From assembly GCF_009834535.1 (NCBI RefSeq), contig NC_045704.1:13268001-13332000 (forward strand): a stretch of DNA of 64,000 nucleotides, given 5' to 3'. Both the position numbers and the translations under genes were made by a program. This DNA comes from Camelus ferus (taxonomy: Eukaryota). Under the pieces are notes generated by a model. It was given only the letters and a program-made list of their open reading frames with translations. It had not been told where the DNA came from and did no database searches. Shown here piece by piece: positions 36,546 through 64,000 of the stretch (position 1 is the stretch's first letter; the number at the start of each line of letters is the position of its first letter).

Positions 36546-36669
36546 GTGGTTGCCCCCTCCCTCTCCTGAGATGTCAGGAAGGAGGTGGCGTCCTGCGTCC
36601 CCCACAGGGGCTCCCCGGAGCCTGGGGGCCCCCAGCCCTGGAGCTCGGAGGTGGAGGAGGTGCTGACAG
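36546..36669 (+). other. NTF4: NTF4 5' UTR exon
   Basis: cctag acceptor; ends GTGCTGACAG|gt, as recalled for the human NTF4 leader; contains a uORF at 36571-36666. Confidence 0.55.
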
Positions 36670-37269
36670 GTCTGGTAACCACCTCGTCGCTTCTCAGTCC
36701 TCTCCAGGCCACCTTTTTCCAGAACCCACAGGCTTCCAGAATGTTCTAGAGAATCTGCAATATCCATGCCCTTGCCAGCATCTCTCAGCCCTGGGTCAAT
36801 TTCATGGACAGGGAAACTGGCACCCCACCTGATAGCAAGTGTCTTGCCTTCTCAGTAGCAGCTTTGAGTTGAACTTGGGTCTCCCTAAGATTCCAGAATA
36901 TGACCTTTCTCAGAATTTTGGAACCTCAAACCTCCTCCAGGCTGCAGGACTTAGGGTTCATTGGTATTGTTGAGGCAGGATGTCAGAGTGGAGTTGCTCA
37001 GACTAGGTTCAAGCCCCACCTCTGGCATTTGCTGGCTGTGTGACCTGGTGCAAGTCACTAACCTCTCTGAGCCTGTATTTCCCCATTTGTTGGCTATAGT
37101 TAGTAATAATAGTAGAATAATTATGATTACTCTAGAATTTGATCATTATCAAAGTCCTAGAATATAGTGTCCCCCAAGGTTCTAGAAAGGGGTCTCCCTG
37201 TGGTTCTGGCACACAGGTCCCCCTGGAGTTCCCTTCTGTCCCTCCCTTCTGTTATATCCTCCTGTCTAA

Positions 37270-37941
<672 letters not shown>

Positions 37942-38162
37942 GGGCCCCTACCCAGGAACTGGGCAGGCAGAGGAAGAGGAGAGCTGGTTGCTGTAAGACC
38001 TCAGAGGTGGCCCAGCTGTTGTGGCCTCAGTTTGGGAACTTGTCAAATGGTCACAAAAATAACAGCTCTCTGACTTTTGAGAGCTCAATCTGGGCAAGAC
38101 AAATGGTGAACAAATGGGGTTTTGAAGGATGAATAGGAGTTCTTCTGGATGAACTTGAAGGT

Positions 38163-38186
38163 AATGATGATGATGATGATGATGAT
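38163..38186 (+). repeat. (ATG/GAT)n microsatellite
   Basis: aatgatgatgatgatgatgatgat. Confidence 0.8.
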
Positions 38187-39337
38187 AGCCAATATTTTGA
38201 GTGTGTACTGTTTATCAGCTCTAATATACAACTTGTCAGATCAGCTCTGGTGGATTTGACCATTGAAAGCCCTCACCTTCTGAGTTGATGACCATGTGAT
38301 TTCAGAGGGCATCACTTCGCCCACCCTGGAGAGCATAACAAGGAAGGGCTATGTTAAGAAGAGAAGCATAAAAACTGGAACATGTAAGCAAGTAGTTGGG
38401 AACTAGGGTTCGAATGAGACATCTTACTTGGTCACATGGGGCAAGTGTTGGCTTAGAATGTTCTGTGTTGAGGTAGTGAGCCACGCATCACAGTAAGAGC
38501 ACAAGCAAAGTTGATTGAAAGGCAGTCAGGAAGTTTACGAGCCATTCTCTTCCCAACCTTTATCCTATACTCTGAAAGAAAGAGATCTCAACATTGTCCA
38601 GCCTGAGTAGGGCATAAGGTTTTGACCACGGGGATCAGGGGTCATTTGGACATAGGTCAGCCTGGAGTGAGCCAGGAAAATCCAACAGAAGAAGTGGCCC
38701 CAGAAGCCTGAATGAAGGAGTCAGTGGGAATCTGGGCCAGGCTACAGAAGGCAGCCTGTTTTCCCTGTCTGAAGAATGGGTTAGTGGGATGAGCTAACGG
38801 GGGCTGAGGAGGCAGAGACATTAACCAAAAGGGCTTTAAAGTGAGGAAGTGACAAGGGAAGTCAGGGGTAGAACACACACCCTCAGGACACCCCTTTGTT
38901 TATTACCACACCATAGCCTCACACCTGTTGCCAACGCGTGCAAACACACACACATTCTTTTGCCTTTGTTTCTACATCTCTGTGTTCTAGGTCTGTGGTT
39001 CCCATTCTCTTTTCTGCTGCTTCCTTTTCTGTTCAAATTCCTGTCCCGTCATCTCTGGGTCAGTAGCACTCTGTCCCTGTTTCTCACTGTCTCACATGAA
39101 TTCTTGTATGTGTTTCTTTCTTATTTATCCAAGCTCTTTCCACACCCCCCTCTTTTTTGTCTACTTCCCTGTGGGTCTTCCCCGCTTCGCCCACCCCCTA
39201 CCCAGGTGGAAGTTTTCAACCAAATCAAAGGCAGGCAGGACAGAAGAAGCTGATGCTGACTCCTCCAGCACATGCAGGGAGGGGGGGCAAGCCCCAGGGA
39301 AGTCTGGAAATCGTTACCCCAACTCCTTCCCCCCTGA

Positions 39338-42441
<3,104 letters not shown>

Positions 42442-43206
42442 GACAGACAGACCAGCCCCGCCCTGGACACGCCCCCCCGAGCCTGGAAGTCAGCGACTAG
42501 AAGCTAACCGGGCGGGACTAAGACCTGGAACCCCGCCCGTCACTTGGGGGCGGGGCAGATCTTGGGGACCGCCCCCGAGCCGTGGGCGGGGCGAATCCCA
42601 CATCCCTCTAGTCGATTGCGGGGGCGGGACTGAGCCTGTTAAGTATACTCAGGGTTGTGGGCTGGCGGATGGGACACGCCTTCTGCGGGACAGAGCTTAA
42701 TGAGAGTTAAATACTCTAAACCACTCTCTTTGCTGGGTTCGGTTCCGGCATTCTGGCTGCTGGGGCCCTGAGTGTGAGAGAAGTGGGGTTCACGCTGAAT
42801 ACCCTGTGGAGGGGCGGCTCATCTGGTTGCCGGCGGATCCCCCACCTCTGGTTACAGAATCCAGTATTGAAGCCATGTCCCTCCTAAGAGGTTGGAAAGT
42901 CTATGGTAGATGGAGCAGGGTTGAGGCGTCAGTCCCTCACCATTCGAGGGTTGTCAGAAGGGCCCTGCTCCAGCCTCTGCCGGGCTCCCCTCTTGATAGA
43001 GGCAGGCCAACACGGCAGAAGACACAGCTTAAGGCTTCCTATCCCCTATTTCTTATGACCCCAACACGACTGCGCTAGCACCGGGGGACTGAGTCTGCAA
43101 AGTTAGCCTCACCATGGGTGTCTTCGGCTTCTTGGTGTGGGAGCCATTCAGGGAGCGGGTGGGGAAGGGGGGTGGAGTGGGCCACTGAGCCACTCCTTCA
43201 CCTCCC

Positions 43207-43309
43207 TGACCTTGTCTGCTTCTCGCCCCCGAGGAGATTAGTGTCCAGGTTACCCCACCATGCTGCCACCCTCAGTGGCCTTGCCGCCCCCACAGCCTGC
43301 AGGTATAAG
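43207..43309 (+). promoter_or_regulatory. LHB proximal promoter: SF-1 (43207-43215), Egr-1 (43224-43232), Pitx1 (43235-43240), SF-1 (43276-43284), Egr-1 (43285-43293), TATA (43304-43309)
   Basis: TGACCTTGT, CGCCCCCGA, AGATTA, TGGCCTTGC, CGCCCCCAC and TATAAG occur in the established order of the GnRH-responsive LHB enhancer. Confidence 0.9.
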
Positions 43310-43341
43310 ACCAGGTAAACACGACAGAGGAAACACCAAAG

Positions 43342-44355
43342 ATGGAGATGCTCCAGGTAAGACTGTAGGGCCCCTGGGCACCTTGCAACCCCATCCAGGC
43401 CACAGCTGACAGGAAGACGGAGAGTCCTGTGACCTTGTGAAGGAGGCCTCTTTCTAGAAGGCTGTGGACAGCCAGCAGGCTTACTGTCAGGAGGAGGGAA
43501 GCAGGTGGAGCAGGGCCTGAGGGCAGTTATCTGAGGTCCCTGGGTATGGGGATGGGAGACCCCTGAATGGAAGCTGTAAGGCAGATAGGGGTCCCCAGCA
43601 AGGATGGGGGCTTGGGCAGAGGTCTCAGGCTGGCCCTGAGACACTGGCCTTCTCCCAGGGGCTGCTGCTGTGGGTGCTGCTGGGCGTGGGTGGGGTGTGG
43701 GCATCCAGGGGGCCACTGCGGCCACTGTGCCGGCCCATCAATGCTACCCTGGCTGCGGAGAACGAGGCCTGCCCTGTCTGCATCACCTTCACCACCAGCA
43801 TCTGTGCGGGTTACTGCCCCAGCATGGTGAGCTGCTCAGGGTGGGTGTGGGCCAGGGTGCTGCCACCTCAGCTCCAAGTGGATTACTCAGGGCCAGGCCC
43901 GCAGGACAGGAAGTGGCACCAGGGGCGGAAGGGTGGCCTGTTGAAACTCCCTACCCGAGGGGCTGGGGAATTGTCAGAGTTGGGCATATGGGAGGGAGAG
44001 CATACAGGGTTCCCTGGACACCTGAGTTAGGGATCTGCAGGGTGTGGTGGGGGAGCCTGGGGAAGGGCTTGGCCTCAGGCAGACCCCCAAGCCATGTCCC
44101 CACCACTTCCAGGTACGGGTGCTGCCGGCTGCCCTGCCACCTGTGCCCCAGCCGGTGTGCACCTACCGTGAGCTGCGCTTTGCCTCCGTCCGGCTCCCTG
44201 GCTGCCCTCCTGGCGTGGACCCAATGGTCTCCTTCCCCGTGGCCCTCAGCTGTCACTGCGGGCCCTGCCGCCTCAGCAGCTCTGATTGCGGGGGTCCCAG
44301 AGCCCAACCCTTGGCCTGTGACCGACCCCTGCTCCCAGGCCTCCTCTTCCTCTAA
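43342..44355 (+). CDS. LHB: Luteinizing hormone beta, join(43342-43356,43659-43826,44113-44355); 141 aa
   Basis: MEMLQ|GLLLWVLL...[41 protein letters not shown]|VRVLPAAL...[13 protein letters not shown]; 12-Cys cystine knot; N-glycosylation site NAT. Confidence 0.97.
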
Positions 44356-44436
44356 AGCTCCCCCACCTCAACCTCCCACACCCACCCCAACTCCTGGAGC
44401 CAGCAGATGCTCCCCTCTCCCCTTCCCTCCCCTCCC

Positions 44437-44442
44437 AATAAA
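44437..44442 (+). terminator. LHB poly(A) signal
   Basis: AATAAA followed by a G/T-rich downstream element (ggggttgtcttttttggg). Confidence 0.85.
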
Positions 44443-44496
44443 GGCTTTTCAAACTGCACTCTGGGGTTGTCTTTTTTGGGGGCTTGTACACCTGTG

Positions 44497-44521
44497 TACA
44501 CACACACACACACACACACAC
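44497..44521. repeat. (CA)n microsatellite between the LHB and RUVBL2 3' ends
   Basis: About 12 CA units. Confidence 0.85.
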
Positions 44522-44544
44522 GGTGGGTCCAGTTTCAGAACCAT

Positions 44545-44550
44545 TTTATA
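44545..44550 (-). terminator. RUVBL2 variant poly(A) signal TATAAA
   Basis: tttata on the + strand, about 65 nt past the stop; no AATAAA on the minus strand nearby. Confidence 0.55.
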
Positions 44551-44613
44551 TAAAGTCACAGTGTCAGAACTCTGGTAGAAAACGGGGCAGGTGGGGGTGA
44601 GGGTGACATCAGC

Positions 44614-58330
<13,717 letters not shown>

Positions 58331-59125
58331 GATGCTCACCAACCGCCAATATCCTAGCGGAAACGGAAACGAGCTAGGAACGAGGCGTCCTGGCCCCTCT
58401 AGACTGCCAGGTCCTCCAAAACTCTCGATGGTTCTTTATAAATATGCAAATTTTCCTGCTGGGGCGTGGCATCACTCTTTAGGCCCCGCCCATCCGCCGC
58501 AGCTGTACTGGAAGATGAGTTCCCAGAACCTCTAGGTCTATAACCCATGCCTCATGGCTCCTCCTCCTCTTACCCAATCTTCCTTGCTGAGGTCGATTGC
58601 AAAATTCTTAACACTTCTTTGGCAACCACACGTCCCCCACGCTTCCTTTCTTCCTTATCCACCGTCTTCCCTCCCCCCGCCAACTTTGGGGCGGTCTCAA
58701 GCTTCGGAGTTACAGAGCTGAAGGCCAATCAGCTAGCCCAGCGATAAGCCCCACCCCCTGGAGCTCGCTTCGACCACCAAGGCGGTGGAAGGCATGAGCG
58801 AACTCTACACCGTCCACCAATGAGGAGACACGAGAGCCCCGCCCCCGGGCGCGGACCAATGGCGCTGGCCGGGGGGCGGGCCCCGCCTCCTGGCGGCCGC
58901 AAGGTTTCATTGCAGGAGCCCCACTGAGCTCAGTGACGCTGCGGCCGCCTCCAGTCCAGGTCCGAGTACTGCGTGCGGTAGTGCGGTCGTGCAATAGGAA
59001 GCCGAGGGCGGTGCAAGCTTCCCGTCGGGCACCAGCTACCTGGCCCAGCGCCCTGCCTAGTGCATTCCTCAGACACCTCTGGGGCCCCCACCTGTGGCCC
59101 CCGGGGCCCTCTTCCCGCGTCGGCC
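58331..59125. promoter_or_regulatory. Bidirectional RUVBL2/GYS1 CpG promoter
   Basis: The two ATGs are 796 nt apart, head to head. CCAAT boxes near 58726, 58817 and 58856; GC box near 58874; octamer ATGCAAAT at 58444-58451; CACGT at 58629-58633. Confidence 0.8.
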
Positions 59126-62100
59126 ATGCCTCTAAACCGCACTTTGTCCATGTCCTCACTGCCAGGACTGGAGGATTGGGAAGATGAATTCGACCTGGAG
59201 AACACAGTGCTCTTCGAGGTGGCCTGGGAGGTGGCCAACAAGGGTGAGCACGCCAGGCGGAGGGGCCCGGACGAGAAGGGCAGTCACGGGTCGAGGCCCA
59301 AAACTACTGAGTAATTGGGGGACGAGGCTGCATGGTATGACTCTTGGGTCCTGGACAAGGAGCCTGTGACTCATGTGTCCTTGGGGAGGGTCTAGCGTTT
59401 GTCTCCTGGGCCCTGGAGGGAGGGGATATGTTGCCTGACTAAGATGAAACCCAGGCTAGAAACCCAAGTCCTGGGTCCTAGAGGAGAGAGGGGCTAAAAT
59501 GAAAGAAACGAGAGACCCGGGTCCTGAATAGGGAAGGAGATGGGAAGGTAGCGGTTGGCACTTCGAACTGTGGCCCCGGGGGAAGGGTCTTGGGATGTAA
59601 CTCCGGTTTGGGAGAAAGCCGCCTGGGGGATAGGATGCCTGAATCATGGTGGAAGAATTTGGGGAAGTGGCCATTTGAGAGTAAAGATGGGAGGAGGCTG
59701 GAGACCTTAATTCTTAGATCCTAGGATGACAGAATTTAGGCGTGGATGCCTAGGCTCTGAGGGCCTGAGCTCTGGGTTCCTAGGAGTAGAGGAGCCCGTG
59801 GCCTCAAACACATGCGCACTGGAATAGGGGAAGGCTGGGAAGTCCTAAGTTGGTCAGGGGCTGGGCCCTGGGATGGGAGTGGCTGGGGGCCTGGATTTCT
59901 GGGTCCCGGGCTCCAAAGGGCCTAAGGTTTTGGGTTTGAAGGAGGCTGAGGCTGGAATCCCAGGAGCTAGGCAGTCGTGCTCCACAGAAGGAAGGGAGCT
60001 GGGATTTTGCTTTGCTGAGTCTTGGGAGAGAAAGGGGGGGCCTGCGAACACAGAGCAATGGATCTCCAGGGCCCAGGCTCCAGAAGGTAAGGAAGCTGGA
60101 GGCCCAGACTCCTGGGTCTGGAATGGAGTCATGGCAGGGGCAGGGACCTGCATGCCTGTGTCCCTATTTGGAGAGAGGAAACTGGGGGACAGGTCGGCAG
60201 AGTCCCTGAGGGGTGAGGAGGGACAACTCTGGCTTCTTTGGGGCAACTGTGGGAACCTAAATAAGGCCATGAAGAGGGAGTCTCCCTTACTGTGTCCTAG
60301 AGCCTGATTGGGAATTTAAACCCAGCTCCTGTAAGCCAGGAGCTCGGGAACATGGATCTTGATGATTCTTGTCAGCTTCTGACATCCTTGGCCCCAGCCC
60401 CCTAATTCCCTCACACTTAGGAGCCCAGGCCCCCAGCCCCTTCTCTCAGACTCAGAAATCTAGCCTGATCCCCCTCCTCCCTCTGAGTCCCGACCCCAGC
60501 CCCCTTCTCCCATAGACCCAGGAGTACCATCCTCCAGCCTCCTCTCTCCTCCACCCTCTGACTCCAAAGTATGGGCTCCCAGTCCCCTTTTCCCTCTGAG
60601 CCAGAGGTCTAGGGCTTCCATGGCCCCCCAGCCCTGCTCCAGGCCCCAGACCTGTGGACCTCGGCTGGGGCCTGGCCTCACGCACTTGGGCCCACAGTGG
60701 GCGGCATCTACACGGTGCTGCAGACGAAGGCGAAGGTGACAGGGGATGAGTGGGGCGACAACTACTACCTGGTGGGACCGTACACGGAGCAGGGCGTGAG
60801 GACCCAGGTGGAACTGCTCGAGCCCCCGACCCCGGCCCTGAAGAGGACGCTGGACTCCATGAACAGCAAGGGTTGCAAGGTGGGACATGGCCTGGCTGAG
60901 GGCAGGGTGGGAGCAGTGGAAGAGAAGGAGTCGGTGGGGTTGTGGGGTGAACAGCCCCAGGGAGAGGAGGCATGGACAGAAACTCAGGATGACCCAGTAC
61001 TTACCCAGGCAGACACAGAGAAGGAAAGATGGACAGACACTCAGACAGATGCAGGGCCCCATGAAGTAAGTGGGTGAACCCCAGCTCTCAGAAATTAGTG
61101 AATGGACAGACAGCAGGTACAGGACAGACTGAAAAATGGTTCCAAGAGGCCAAGAACCTCAGATCCAGGGAGAGAAATACAGCTAGATGGACAGCCAGAC
61201 AGAACCCAGGGGAGGTGGGCTTAGGGTGAGGCAGGAGGCCAGAGCAGGGGTTCTGAAGCCTGAAGCTCAAATTCACCTTCTCTGCTTCCTGTGGTATGAC
61301 CTTGGGAAATACCGTCTACATTATAGGTTTCTTGGGAGGATGACCGAGTTCATAAAAGTCTTCAGCACAGGTCCTGGGATGTAGTTAGCACTGTCTGTGA
61401 GCTGTTATTGTCATCATCATCATCATTATCCCTAAAAACAGCCAAGCTTGCAGGTGAGGTGGACAGGCGGACAAAGGAGAGAGCCGGATGGAGAAAGTGA
61501 TGGTAGCCCGAGGGGTTAGAGCAGTAGGGACATAGACAGAGTTTAGATACAGAAGGGAGGTAGCCTGATGTTTTAGAGAGAAGGATCTCGAAGAAGAGAG
61601 AAAAGTGAATTACTGAGGAAGAGAGGAGAGGTAGCCAGGCCCACCAGGGGACAGAGTTTCAGATGAGCAGAGCCAAGAATTAAAGAGCTCAGGAGGGGAT
61701 ATTCCCAGGCATCAAATGAGGACTGAAGGGTGAGTACAGAGAGGTGGCTGTCCCCCAGGGAGGGGACCACAAGGTAGCAGGGCTGAGGTACAGACAGGTT
61801 GGGGTCTGGGAGAGGGAGATCCAAAGCTGTCTTGAATCATTCACAGACTCCAGTTTGGGGTGGGGTCTGGAAGCCAGCCAGGCAGGACTGTGTCCCTAAG
61901 GAACCCTAGGGCAGCCCAGTCCTTCCCCCAGGGCAGCTGCTGTCCCTATGCTGGGGGCCTAAGAATAGCCCCCCCCAACGAAAGGGCAGACAACAGCTGG
62001 GAGGGGGAGGGGCCTCGGGGGCAGGCTTGCAAAGCCGGGAAAAGCCAGGTTGGGGAGGAGTATGACGGCTTGTTGGCTGGATAGAGCTGTGGCAGCAGGC

Positions 62101-64000
62101 CCAGGATCTGGGCCACAATCTCAGGAGAAAAGCAACCAGTCAGAGAAATGTGGCAGGGGCAGAAATGAGACCACAAAGCTTAGAAACATGGCAGTGGGTA
62201 GAAAAATGCAGCCCCCGGGCGTGGAAAGTGGGTGGGCAGTGTTAGAAATGAGGCTGTGGAGTATAGGCCTCTGGGTGGAGGAAAGCGGACACAAGTGGCA
62301 AATATATGGGGTAAGGATCCGAAACAGGGAAGCGAGTGGAAGAAAGGTGGCAGTGAGAACAGTAAAAGAAGCATCCAGTGGTAAGAGTGAGCGGCTGAAA
62401 GAAAAGATGACGGGAAAAAGCAGCTGGATGGTTGGTGAGAGAAATGTGGCAGCAAACACAGAAAAAAGGCAGCGGGTTGGAGAAATGACTAGCAGGGTGG
62501 AAAAACAAGGCAGTGGGGGCACAGAGACAGGATGTGCACAAGGTATGGTTTTAAGTAGAAAAGGGGGGCAGCAGTGGGAGAAGGGCAGCTGATACAGAAA
62601 CTAAGCAGAGGACGGAGAGATGCTGCAGGAGAGATGGGAAAAGATTATGGTGAGAATAACTACCAGCAGGTAGAGAAAAAAACCAGCAGGTGAGAAATTA
62701 GCAGCAGAAACAGAAGGTAGAAGAACCAAGGCCGTGACTCCAGGCCTCTGCCTGAGGATGGGAGAAGCTCAGATGCTGTGTCCAGAGACCTGTGGCCAAA
62801 ACCCTTAGCCTCCCTGTGGCCTCTCCAGGTGTATTTCGGGCGCTGGCTGATCGAGGGGAGCCCCCTGGTGGTGCTCCTGGACGTGGGGGCCTCAGCCTGG
62901 GCCCTGGAGCGCTGGAAGGGCGAGCTGTGGGACACGTGCAACATCGGGGTGCCCTGGTACGACCGGGAGGCTAACGATGCCGTCCTTTTTGGCTTCCTCA
63001 CCACCTGGTTCCTGGGTGAGGTAGGCCCCACTACTGGTCCCTATGTTACCCCTTTCGACCTCAGGCCCCAAATTACAGTGGCCATGAGCCCCTGCCCAGA
63101 GGGTGGCTGGTTTCTCCCAGAGAATTCTGGGAGTTGTAGGTCCTTTAATCCAAGGATTAGCTCTGATCTTTGGGAACATGGACATCCAGGGGCCCAGATT
63201 CTTCTTTCCTCGGAGACCCAATGTCCCAACCCCAGCTTCTTTCACTCCAATCTTCCAAATGTAGGAATCCTAAGCCGTTGGCCCTTGGGGATGCTGGTGT
63301 GAGGGGAGGGCTCACCCCAGAAAGTTCTGGGAGTTGTAGTTCTCTAATTGTATCAATATTGGTGGGACTTGGCCTCTCAGATGGGTCCCTGGATGTTTGG
63401 GAATCTCCAGCCTGTCTGAGAACCAGGAATCCTGATTCTGACCCCCATTTAGGTTTTAAAAGGCTCAGAAAACTCTTTCCCATAGCCTAGAACAAACAGT
63501 TGATGAACGAACTGGTCCTAGGGCATTCTGGGAGTTGTAGTCCTTCGGCCCGTTACTGGGTATAGGTCTGTTCTTGATCAACATAAAGAGTCTTCAGGAA
63601 TTGTGCACGGGACCTGGGCATACTAAAACTTCAGTCTTTCCAATTAGTCCTGGTGGGACTTAGAAGGCTGGCCAAAATACTACAGCTCCCATCAGCCTCT
63701 GAGGATGAGGTCAGCTAGTCTGACTGCCTCAAGGATTTAGAGTTCCTTGCCTGATGGGGATTGCAGTGGGCCAGCACCCATTCTGTGCAGTAGTGGAGAC
63801 AGTTTGACCTCTCCCCTGCTTCCTCATCCATCTTGGGGTTGACTGGTTGTCTTCACAACACACATAGAGATAAAGTGGCCCTTTCTCTGTTGCCCCACAG
63901 TTCCTGGCCCAGAGCGAGGAGAAACCACATGTGGTTGCGCACTTCCATGAGTGGTTGGCGGGCGTCGGGCTCTGCCTGTGCCGTGCCCGGCGGCTGCCTG
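59126..64000 (+). CDS. GYS1: Muscle glycogen synthase, 5' part join(59126-59243,60698-60879,62829-63020,63901->64000)
   Basis: [39 protein letters not shown]|[11 protein letters not shown] (KVGG motif)...|[10 protein letters not shown]...|[21 protein letters not shown]; canonical splice sites and phase. Confidence 0.97.
59400..60660. repeat. MSR1-like degenerate minisatellite units in GYS1 intron 1, in both orientations
   Basis: ggcccagactcctgggtctgg-type units at about 59860-60240 and reverse-complement units (cccaggcccccagccccttc...cccaggagt) at about 60420-60660. Confidence 0.6.
63125..63691. promoter_or_regulatory. Cluster of ZNF143/THAP11-type ACTACA-SBS motifs in GYS1 intron 3
   Basis: TTCTGGGAGTTGTAG at 63125, 63325 and 63526; ACTACAGCTCCCA at 63679-63691. 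Confidence 0.6.

Noticed and set aside
43670-44578. 302-aa alternative-frame ORF across LHB
   Set aside because: It starts at GTG, spans an intron and passes the poly(A) signal; only its cryptic CTP segment is meaningful.

Overview
Mammalian genomic DNA, syntenic with human 19q13.33 and shown in reverse orientation. Gene order: LIN7B (5' end, minus), SNRNP70 (minus), a TE-rich intergenic block, KCNA7 (+), NTF4 (+), a 5-exon axonemal microtubule-inner-protein gene most likely SAXO3 (+), a single LHB (+), RUVBL2 (minus), and GYS1 (5' end, +). The tRNA-derived SINE family suggests a camelid (inference). Five N-gaps in the sequence (9132-9335, 10536-10771, 29130-29301, 35110-35244, 50614-50758) point to a short-read assembly. 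All coding exons were placed by hand using splice sites and phase, and family identities come from recall, not database searches. There are no prokaryotic systems, CRISPR arrays, or rRNA/tRNA genes. Main leads: (1) three ZNF143-type motifs at 200/201-bp spacing in GYS1 intron 3; (2) an 11-nt copy of the U1 snRNA 5' end inside SNRNP70 intron 7; (3) no canonical poly(A) signal between NTF4, SAXO3 and LHB, suggesting read-through into LHB; (4) an equine-like cryptic CTP in the LHB +1 frame; (5) a 1-bp frameshift in essential RUVBL2, probably an assembly error; (6) MSR1-like minisatellite arrays just inside several genes.
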